Shown piece by piece: positions 11,090 through 22,000 of a stretch of 64,000 bases of DNA (positions within the stretch are counted from its first letter, which is position 1; every line of letters begins with the position of its first letter). The notes below the pieces were generated by a model. The model had not been told where the DNA came from and ran no database searches. It worked only from the letters and a program-made list of their open reading frames with translations. Both the position numbers and the translations under genes were made by a program. The stretch comes from Nemertoderma westbladi (lineage: Eukaryota > Animalia > Xenacoelomorpha): assembly GCA_032718475.1 (NCBI GenBank), contig JAUCBJ010005675.1, positions 1 to 64,000 on the forward strand, in the 5' to 3' direction.

Positions 11090-12792
11090 GTGAGCAATTT
11101 GCCGCTTATTTCAAGCAGCTGTTATCTTCTCAGGAACATGCACAATCTATCACAGATGTAATTAACAACGAAATAAAGTCAATATAAATCTTTATTCCAA
11201 TTCTAGACAGCGATATAAACCCGAACGAAGTTTCAATCTGCTTAGCGAAATTTAAAGCTTCAAAATCGGCAGGAATAGATGGTCTACCTCCAGGAATCCT
11301 CAAATTATTAAGCGATGACTGGCTAATTGCAGTTACTTTATGCTTTAACGATGTTTTCACTGGTAAGGTCCCATACCCCACAGATTGGTCCACTTCCCTG
11401 ATGGTTACGATTTATAAGAAAGGAATTAAGTCACTACCAGAGAATTATCGGGGAATTTCGGTCACTCTGGCCTTGTCTAAATTGTACGACTCCGTCCTTA
11501 CTGAGCGTTTTAATTTATGGTCGAAACCGTCACAATATCAGGCAGGCGCACAGAAGGGACGAGGCTGTACTGAACAGATATTGTGTGTTCGTTTGGCAAT
11601 CGATATTGCCATCAAAACAAAGCGAGAGTTATTCATTGCCTTCATCGACTACGAGAAGGCCTATGACAAAGTTGACAGGATAGTCTTACTCAGGAGATTG
11701 AAACAGATGGGTTGTGGCAGAAGGTTTCTTATGGCTTTATCAGTATCAATGCAGGAGACTATAAATGTAATAGGCAACACAACGTTTGAGAGTACGGGTG
11801 GTGTAGGACAGGGTAAGCCTTCCAGCTGTCCACTATTTTGTACACACATAGACCCTACAATTACAAAAATGGATCGTTTAGGAAAGGACAGTTGGCTAGA
11901 TTCTCTTCATGGAACATTATTAATGGATGACACATGTGTATTGGCTACCTCCCGAGCAAAGTTAACTGATAAACTTAACATCCTCAAAGATGTATGCGAT
12001 GAAATTGGAATGACTTTACATCCTAAAAAGTCGAAATTTCTGACCTCATCCACTCTCGATAGCGACAGAATCCCCATCTTGATAGGGAACATCACAATTC
12101 CAATTGTATCCTCCTATGTCTATTTGGGATCTTTAATATCAATTCACCCCGTAGCAGTTCAAATTGATGACGAAATTAAGATGCGTATTGGTAACTACCA
12201 CAAATTCACTTCATTCCTCGGCAAAAACTGTGACGCTCCCTTTACCGTGAAGAAGTCAGTATGGCAGGCTGCTCTCCAATCTTCGCTATTATACGGATGC
12301 GAAACATGGTTATGTAATAACATCAAACCAATTGTTTCAGTGTTTTACAGAACGCTTAAACAACTACTCTCAGTTCGATTAACAACACCAAATGATCTCG
12401 TCCTTATTGAAACTGGCACTGAACATGTCAAGAGTATCATTAAGAATCGGCAGTTAAAGTTCCTGAGGTCATTGTCCTCACGGCCTGGATATAAAGACAG
12501 TTATCATAACTACATTATGAACGAAGCTACATCAGTAAACTCACCAATGGGAAAATACGCCAAAGAGCTAATAGATACGGGTCATGTCATGTCGGAACTC
12601 CAAGCTGCAAAAGATCGAACTCTTACAGCCATAACGACAAGGTGTGTGAAATATGTGGCATACAACCCAACTCAGAAACCCCATGAATTATACTCTGACC
12701 CTAATGTACCCGAGTGGGAGAGAATCTCATTTTCAAGGATCAGATTGAGTTCCCATCGGCTACCAATGGAGATACTTCGATGGTCTTGGTAA
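11090..12792 (+). mobile_element. 5'-truncated non-LTR retrotransposon, reverse transcriptase ORF (main open part 11401-12792)
   Basis: KSAGIDG, PENYRGIS, FIDYEKAYDKV, GVGQG..SCPLF, LLMDD, YVYLG, LLYGCETW and RIRLSSH.L. Confidence 0.9.
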
Positions 12793-13314
12793 ATGCTTAT
12801 GTGGTTCTACCCAATCAGATCATCACATATTCTTTGTCTGCCCATTAACGAAAGTATTCGCTTGGATTTTGACTTTCCACCACCATCGTCATCCCTATCC
12901 AGAGTATTTGATAACCTCGGAACCCGATCCGCATCAATGTGCCATAAAATTATTAAAGTATTAGAGCCCGCACAAGTATAAATTAATAACAAGGAAGGGA
13001 TTAAAATAACCGTAAATTAATAATAAATCAAATAATTAAGTATACATTTCATTAAATATAGCCAATTTCACGAACACGAACAAAAACGAGCATTATGTAC
13101 ATATATTGAATTTTTCTTTTTTTTTCCGCATTTTTGCATTACGAAGCGGCGTATAATTGGACTTAATTTTAAGTGTGTATTTTAAGTATTTTAAGTGTTA
13201 TTGCATTTAACGTATGTAGCCAAAGTATCAATGTGTGTGTCTTTATTGGTGAAGGGTTTGAATTACATGCGAGTTTCCATCTCAAAAATTATGTCAATAA
13301 ACAACTAACTAACT

Positions 13315-16300
13315 ACCCTACTGCCATATTAGAATGTAGGAGAGAGTAGGAAGGTGTACAACAGTGACATACAATAATGCAGGAAAGAGTAGGAAGGTGT
13401 ATCACCATTACTGCCATACCAGAATGTAGGAAAGAGGAGTAAGTTATACCACCATTACTGCCATACTAGATTGTAGGAAAGATTAGGAAGGTGTACCATA
13501 CTGGCATACCAGAATGTAGGAAAGAGTAGGAAGGTGTACCATACTGCCACTCCAGAATATAGTAAAGAGTAGAAAGGTGTACCATACTGCCATGCCAGAA
13601 TGTAGAAAAGAGTACGAAGGTGTACCATACTGCCATACCAGAATGTAGGAAAGATTAGGAAGGTGTACCATACTGGCATACCAGAATGTAGGAAAGAGTA
13701 GGAAGGTGTGCCATACTGCCATACCAGAATGTAGCACAGAGTAGGAAGGTGTACAAAATACTGCCACACCAAAATGTAGGAAAGAGTAGGACCGTGTACC
13801 ATACTGCCACTCCAGAATGTAGAAAAGAGTACGAAGGTATACCATAGTGCCATACCAGAATGTAGGAACGAGTAGGAAGGTCTACCATGCTGCCATACCA
13901 GAATGTAGTACAGAGTAGGAAGGTGTACCATACTTCCATACCAGAATGTAGTACAGAGTAGGAAGGTGTGCCATAATGCCATACCAGAATGTAGTACAGA
14001 GTAGGAAGGTGTACCATACTTCCATACCAGAATGTAGTACAGAGTAGGAAGGTGTACCATACTTCCATACCAGAATGTAGTACAGAGTAGGAAGGTGTAC
14101 CATAATGCCATACCAGAATGTAGTACAGAGTAGGAAGGTGTACCATACTTCCATACCAGAATGTAGTACAGAGTAGGAAGGTGTACCATACTTCCATACC
14201 AGAATGTAGTACAGAGTAGGAAGGTGTACCATACTTCCCTACCAGAATGTAGCACAGAGTAGGAAGGTGTACCATACTTCCATACCAGAATGTTGTACAG
14301 AGTAGGAAGGTGTACCATACTTCCATACCAGAATGTAGTACAGAGTAGGAAGGTGTACAATACTGCCATACCAGAATGTAGTAAAGAGTAGGAAAGTGTA
14401 CCATACTGAAATACCAGAATGTAGTAAAGAGTATGAAAGTGTACCCTACTGCCATATTAGAATGTAGCAAAAGAGTAGGAAGGTGTACCATACTGCTATA
14501 CCAGAATTTAGGAAAGAGTAGGAAGGTGTATCACCATTACTGCCATACAAGAATGTAGGAAAGAGTAAGAATGTATACCATACTGAAATACCAGACTGTA
14601 GTAAAGAGTATGAAAGTGTATCCTACTGCCATATTAGAATGTAGGAAAGAGTAGGAAGCTGTACCATACTGCTATACCAGAATTTAGGAAAGAGTAGGAA
14701 GGTGTATCACCATTACTGCCATACCAGAATGTAGGGAAGAGTAGTAAGTTATACCACCATTACTGCCATACCAGATTCTAGGAAAGATTAGGAAGGTGTA
14801 CAACAGTGACATACAAGAATGCAGGAAAGAGTAGGAAGGTATACCATACTGCTATACCAGAATTTAGGAAAGAGTAGGAAGGTGTATCACCATTACTGTC
14901 ATACCAGAATGTAGGAAAGAGTAGTAAGTTATACCACCATTACTGCCATACCAGATTGTAGGAAAGATTAGGAAGGTGTACCATACTGGCATACCAGAAC
15001 GTAGGAAAGAGTAGGAAGGTGTACCATACTGCCATACCAGAATGTAGCACAGAGTAGGAAGGTGTACAAAATACTGTTACACCAGAATGTAGGAAAGAGT
15101 AGGAAGGTGTACCATACTTCCATAGCAGAATGTAGTAGAGAGTAGGAAGGTGTACCATACTTCCATACCAGAATGTAGCACAGAGTAGGAAGGTGTACCA
15201 TACTTCCATACCAGAATGTAGCACAGAGTAGGAAGGTGTACCATACTTCCATACCAGAATGTAGCACAGAGTAGGAAGGTGTACCATACTGCCATACCAG
15301 AATGTTGTACAGAGTAGGAAGGTGTACCATACTTCCATACCAGAATGTAGCACAGAGTAGGAAGGTGTACCATACTTCCATACCAGAATGTAGTACAGAG
15401 TAGGAAGGTGTACCATACTTCCATACCAGAATGTAGTAAAGAGTAGGAAGGTGTACCATACTGCCATACCAGAATGTAGTACAGAGTAGGAAGGTGTACC
15501 ATACTGCCATACCAGAATGTTGTACAGAGTATGAAGGTGTACCATACTTCCATACCAGAATGTAGCACAGAGTAGGAAGGTGTACCATACTTCCCTACCA
15601 GAATGTAGCACAGAGTAGGAAGGTGTACCATACTTCCATACCAGAATGTAGTACAGAGTAGGAAGGTGTACCATACTGCCATACCAGAATGTTGTACAGA
15701 GTATGAAGGTGTACCATACTTCCATACCAGAATGTAGTACAGAGTAGGAAGGTGTACAATACTGCCATACCAGAATGTTGTACAGAGTAGGAAGGTGTAC
15801 CATACTTCCATACCAGAATGTAGCACAGAGTAGGAAGGTGTACCATACTGCCATACCAGAATGTTGTACAGAGTATGAAGGTGTACCATACTTCCATACC
15901 AGAATGTAGTACAGAGTAGGAAGGTGTACCATACTTCCATACCAGAATGTAGTACAGAGTAGGAAGGTGTACCATACTTCCATACCAGAATGTAGTAAAG
16001 AGTAGGAAGGTGTACCATACTGCCATACCAGAATGTAGTACAGAGTAGGAAGGTGTACCATACTTCCATACCAGAATGTTGTACAGAGTAGGAAGATGTA
16101 CCATACTTCCATACCAGAATGTAGTACAGAGTAGGAAGGTGTACCATACTTCCATACCACAATGTAGTACAGAGTAGGAAGGTGTACAATACTGCCATAC
16201 CAGAATGTAGCACAGAGTAGGAAGGTGCACCACCATTATTGCCATACCAGAATGTAGTACAGAGTAGGAGTAGGTGTACCATAATGCCATACCAGAATGT

Positions 16301-17234
16301 AGGAAAGAGTAGGAAGGTGTGCCATAATGCCATACCAGAATGTAGGAAAGAGTAGGAAGGTGTACTATACTGCCATACCAGAATGTAGCACAGAGTAGGA
16401 AGGTGCACCACCATTATTGCCATACCAGAATGTAGTACAGAGTAGGAGTAGGTGTACCATAATGCCATACCAGAATGTAGGAAAGAGTAGGAAGGTGTAC
16501 CATACTGCCATACCAGAACGTAGTACAGAGTAGGAGTAGGTGTACTATAATGCCATACCAGAATGTAGGAAAGAGTAGGAAGGTGTACTATACTGCCATA
16601 CCAGAATGTAGGAAAGAGTAGGAAGGTGTACCATACTTCCCTACCAGAATGTAGGAAAGAGTAGGAAGGTGTACCATACTTCCCCACCAGAATGTAGGAA
16701 AGAGTAGGAAGGTGTACCATACTGCCATACCAGAATGTAGTACATAGTAGGAGTAGGTGTACCATAATGCCATACCGGAATGTAGGAAAGAGTAGGAAGG
16801 TGTACTATACTGCCATACCAGAATGTAGGAAAGAGTAGGAAGGTGTACCATACTTCCCTACCAGAATGTAGGAAAGAGTAGGAAGGTGTACCATACTTCC
16901 CTACCAGAATGTAGGAAAGAGTAGGAAGGTGTACCATACTGCCATACCAGAACGTAGTACAGAGTAGGAGTAGGTGTACCATACTTCCATACCAGAATGT
17001 AGCACAGAGTAGGAAGGTGTACCATACTTCCCTACCAGAATGTAGGAAAGAGTAGGAAGGTGTACCATACTGCCATACCAGAACGTAGTACAGAGTAGGA
17101 GTAGGTGTACCATACTTCCATACCAGAATGTAGCACAGAGTAGGAAGGTGTACCATACTTCCATACCAGAATGTAGTACAGAGTAGGAATGTGTACCATA
17201 CTTCCATACCAGAATGTAGTAAAGAGTAGGAAGG
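13315..17234. repeat. 43-bp tandem satellite, left part
   Basis: Unit TACCAGAATGTAGTACAGAGTAGGAAGGTGTACCATACTTCCA. The 43-aa period of the minus-strand ORFs equals three units. Confidence 0.97.
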
Positions 17235-17414
17235 TGTTCGCGGTATTTCAACTTTTCATAACGCGAGTTGAATATTTTTTGTACTTATTTAAAATGATTA
17301 TTCCGATATCACTACTGGGTGCGGGATCACGGGTTTGGGCACACTCTATGAACTGGGGGCGATTTATGGGCGAATATTGGGGCGACTTACAGGGTACGGG
17401 ACTCATTTCATGTT

Positions 17415-17450
17415 TATAAGGGCCAGGGGTGGGAGGCAAAATTAAGCAGT
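17415..17450 (+). promoter_or_regulatory. LTR core promoter: TATAA with a CAGT initiator about 30 nt downstream
   Basis: TATAA at 17415-17419 and CAGT at 17447-17450; the same arrangement is in the 3' LTR. Confidence 0.55.
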
Positions 17451-18321
17451 ATTCAGGTTCGCCTGAGTACTATTAGGCCTAGCCCACGCGCCAGGCCTAA
17501 AGGACAAGGACTGCCCTTAGCGGTCCCTGGCCAACAGCAGTTATTACGAGCCTGAAAAGGACATCGGAACGCCGGCTGCTTGTGTCAGGGATTTGCGACG
17601 GGAAACGACACGACAGACCCCTAGCCAAGCCGTACTGGTTCTCGATGATCGTTCCCTTCGGGGTTCGTGAGGGGTGGGATGGACACGCGAAAGGGTCTAC
17701 TGACTAACAGAGGAAGGGTTTGACGAGGACTGCCCTTAGCGGTCTCTGGTCAACAGCAGTTATTACGAGCCTGAAAAGGACATCGGAACGCCGGCTGCTT
17801 GTACCAGGGATTTGCGACTGGAACCGACGACAGACCCCTTAGCCAAGCCATACTGGTTCTCGATGATCGTTCCCTTCGGGGTTCGTGAGGGGTGGGACGG
17901 ACACGCGACGGGGTCGAAAGACAAAGGACTGGACTCTACTGGCCTACCGCCTGTTCGGAGTAGTTTCTCGGCCGCCGAAGCGACTACGAGCCTGAATAAG
18001 GACTCGGAAAGCCTAGGAGGTTGGGTCTCTGCGATGAACCGACGGACCCCTAGCCAAGCCGTACTGGTTCTCGATGATCGTTCCCTTCGGGGTTCGTGAG
18101 GGGTGGGATGGACACGCGAACGGGTCCATCGACACGACAGACTCCTAGCCAAGCCGTACTGGTTCTCGATGACCGATCCCTTCGGGGTTCGAGAGGGGTG
18201 GTACGGATACGCGACAGAGTCTACCGACTGGACTGACCCTTAGCCAAGCCGTGCTGGTTCTCGATGATCGATCCCTTCGGGGTTCGGGGGGGGGGGGGTG
18301 GAATGGACACACGACAGGGTC
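17448..18321 (+). ncRNA. structured RNA array in the LTR: leader hairpins, Y-type long hairpins and five X-type kink-turn/UUCG hairpins
   Basis: X units at 17615-17698, 17833-17915, 18044-18127, 18139-18222 and 18235-18321 have covarying closing stems (GACCC/GGGTC versus GACTC/GAGTC) and the core CTC-GAT-GA-YCG...CCC-TTCG-GGG..CG-WGA-GGG. Confidence 0.65.
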
Positions 18322-18906
18322 GACCGACACCGACACTACGGCATCAAGACTAGGACCGAGGGAAAATCTGGGGAACATTAGGCTAAAATCTGAGCGAACA
18401 GTGGGTAATTAAATAATTTACTGTAGGGATTTATATTGTCGTGTATTATTATTGTGAATAATTTGGTGTATATTGGTTTGGGGAAGCCCAATTTATTCTC
18501 AATCAAGGTTCAACTGTAGGGAAGTTACATTAAAGCGTATATCCAACCAATGCAGCTTTTTCTCAACCGCAATCTTGCATTTAAGAACATTCCTTCTCCA
18601 CAATCAATATCCGGTGACTGGCCGGGATTCCGTGGTCTGTAAAATTCCGCCTCCAGCATCGGCGTTTTCCCCCATGGTGTCGGGAATAACGGCAACAAAA
18701 TTGAAAATAAAATCGCGGCCAACTTCAACTGGTGGAAGTTGGGAATCCTACAATACTCTTCAAAATCTCTCCGTGCTTACCAGCACCCACTACGAGGAAA
18801 CTCTGGTATTTGAGTTAAGACAAAGTCGTGGTCTAATAAATCAACAAACTCGATCTAACCAACTCGTAGTCGGCAGATCACACATTTGGAGAGTTGTTAA
18901 CAGGGA

Positions 18907-19098
18907 ATGGAAGTATCGATCACACCCATTGATATAATCCAAGTTGAGCCAGGAATCTGGCACGTCGAGGTTGAAGTACAAGGAACGAACGTCGGACAAT
19001 TCAGGATTACCGTTCGGGTGGTCCAGGCTGAGTACAACACCTACGAGGAACTATTTTACGACATCGCACATCTAGCTATCAACGAGGCGCTACAATGA
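18907..19098 (+). CDS. small acidic upstream ORF (63 aa) whose stop overlaps the gag start (ATGA)
   Basis: ATG at 18907; TGA at 19096-19098 overlaps the ATG at 19095-19097; protein-like composition. Confidence 0.4.
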   Translation: MEVSITPIDIIQVEPGIWHVEVEVQGTNVGQFRITVRVVQAEYNTYEELFYDIAHLAINEALQ

Positions 19099-22000
19099 CA
19101 ATGAATAACGTATCCGATACCGATGAGATGGACCACCACACAGACTCGGAAGCCGACGAGGTACCAAACGTCAAGAACATGGCCCGTCGACTAGGTGCTC
19201 TCAAAGGCGGAGTCACACGAGCGTATCAACGCATAGAGAAACAACTCAAGGGAGTCGAAACCCCCCTCAACGAGATACAAACTCAGCTTCAGAATATCCG
19301 AAGTATTCTACAACGATATGAGAGAATGATACAGGCGTACCAAGAACTCATCCCCACCATCGACTAGGTAAACTACCCCAAATTGGAAGAACACGTTGCA
19401 CGCCTAGACGAATTCCGCAAACAACACCGGAGAACCCTCAGCCTCGTGAGAGGCTACGAGGAACAGTTCTACAAGAGAGCTGAAAGAACGGACGCAGAAT
19501 CAGTGCGAACCTCCAACACCAGGACCACAATTCATCGAAAGAGAACGGGGTCCTCAAGACACCAGCGCTCCAGCGCTAGGAGCGAGATATCCGGCTCAGC
19601 ACGCAGTTCTCAGGGGGGGCCGCCACTCCGAGATCAGCTACGAGAACAGAAGGCATTAGCCCTCAAAGCTCGGATGGAAGATGAGTATGTTCAACTGCGA
19701 ACCGAGCAAGATGTAATAGCCGCCGAAATGCAAAAACAAGAGGCCGAGCAAGCGGCCAAATGACAGGCCGAGCAACGTGAACAGGAAGCTGAACAACGTA
19801 AATGGGAAGCTAAACAACGTGAACAGGAAGCTGAACAACGTGGACGAGAAGCCCAACAAGAGATCGAACAACGTAAATGGGAAGCTGAAATGTGTAAACA
19901 ACACGCCGAGGCCCAAGCGATTCTCATACACAAAAAGAATGCGGATGTTGCGAAACTCGCGGAGTACGAAGCCGCACTTATAGAATGAGATATTCAACTC
20001 TACGAGGACTGGGAAAGGGATATAGATCAGAATTATGAACCAATACCGATACCAGAATTAGAAAAGTCATTAACGACACCAGCGGTGAAACCCCCGAAAC
20101 CCGAGTTCCCGCCTACCATACAGTCTACGTTATCGGCACAAGCACCGGTATTCCATCCCCCACCGGTTACGCTGAAGAATGAGGAACCTTATATCCCAGC
20201 TAACCCCACGATCCCGAGCGTCCCCAAGTACGAGCCTGAAAAGGACTCGGAACGGATCGCTACTCCCCGATCCAACAACCCGTTTACATCCACACCACAA
20301 ACCCGTAGTCGTGTCATCATTAAGATTCCACCTATCATTGATCCATCGAGTATGGGAGAGAGCGCCAATAACTATAACCCTCCAAACCACTCCAGTTCGG
20401 ACGACGTCGGCATTATCCAGGCATTGGAAAACCGCCTCTCCATGCCCAAGATGGAGATCCGCACCTTCGAAGGAGATCCCGTCGATTACCTCAGATTCAA
20501 GAAACGGTTCTTTGCGCAGATTGGATCAACGGACATAGCCGACGCACAGAAACTGGTATATTTATCACAATACCTGGGTGACAAACCACGCCGAATCATC
20601 GCTTGTTTTGAGGGAGGTTCTCATGAAGCATACTACGATGCATGGAAAACTCTAGACAAAAGATACGGAAATACCGGGACTATAATTAATAAAACTCCAG
20701 AGAAACTGATACAGGACGCGGGATCACTAGGGGACCCACAGAACATCCAGGAATTCTCAGATTCCATGAAGGATGCCTACTACACTCTGAAACCTTTAAA
20801 TAAGGAGGACCAGGTGAACAACATTCTAAACCTCCGACAGATCGCCCGGAAGTTCCCCGGATGGCTGCAAAGTAAGTGGGCCTATAAATGCGTAGATCTC
20901 CGGCGCAGACATCCAGATCAAGACCCCAGCTTCCTCGAAATGTCGGGATTCCTGGACGATATCTCCGAAGCCATGAATGACTCGATGTTCTCGAAACAGA
21001 GTCTCGCCAAGTTGGACGCAATAGAGAACAACTCCAGGAGTAAGACACCCACTCAGAGGCCGAGATTCCGCCCCCCTCCGGTGAGCACGATGGCTATCAC
21101 CATGGCCGAGGATTCCGACGATGAAGACTACGAGGAACCAACATCAGCCGAGGAATGGGCGTGTTATCTCGCGAATTGGGCACCCGAGAGGGAAGGCATC
21201 ACAAACTCCCTTCTCTGTCTCTATTGTGGAGAGAAACATAAAGTTGAATTCTGCAGGAAGTTCCAGTTTGCCGAACTCGTCCCACACTTCGAGGCGATTA
21301 TGAAACACCGAGGATGCTTCCGGTGTCTGGGAACAGGTCACTACATTCGGGATTGCGACCAAAGGTCGTGTTGTGCGGTTTGTAACGACCTACGTCATCA
21401 CACGCTCCTCCACATCCCCGCGAACTTCGACTTCACCACCCTCCCCTTTCGGATTGAAGCCAAGCGAAGAGGAGAAACAAACCATGTTTCTAAAGGAACC
21501 CGGACAACCCAACGGAGAGAAACCAACCCGTTTAAAATCGCCACTAACGCATCACCAGTGACAAATATCTCAGCCACGATTAACCTTATAAATCGCCGTT
21601 ACATGGTCTTCGCCAAAGTAATCCCAGTAAGAACTCAAGGGGTCGGTAAATCCTTGACGATGCTCGCGTTCCTTGACAACGGGTCGGACGGAACCATCAT
21701 CGACCGGGATTTCCTCGAGCAACTCGGCCTAGACTATGAGCCTTGCAAACGGCCCATACAAACTATCACCGACCACAGAGAGGTAGAATCCGGGGAAGTG
21801 CAACTCCAGATGGAAGAGGTAATGAAGGGCTATGAGACGGTTAAGCTGACCATCAAGAACGCCTTAGTACACACAGACCTCCGAGTGCGGTTCCGACAAT
21901 CAGCCGAGTACGCCCCCCTCATACAGCTGGACCGAGACGACGTGGATCTAAGGTGCCCGCCGTTGGATGTAAACCGCATCACCCTACTGATCGGACTCGA

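Larger units (their letters stand above)
17235..18697 (+). repeat. 5' LTR (1463 bp) with an internal hairpin-module array
   Basis: Near-identical to 29715-30557 apart from ~620 bp of additional internal modules. Confidence 0.95.

Noticed and set aside
13455-17251. Long minus-strand ORFs (up to 562 aa) rich in Y/W/L
   Set aside because: All three frames are open with a 43-aa period; this is an artefact of the 43-bp satellite.
17500-18330. LTR repeats as a CRISPR array or as known ribozymes
   Set aside because: No unique spacers and no cas genes, in a eukaryotic context. The X unit has CGATGA rather than the CUGANGA...GAAA hammerhead core, and I could not fit twister, pistol or HDV consensus by eye.
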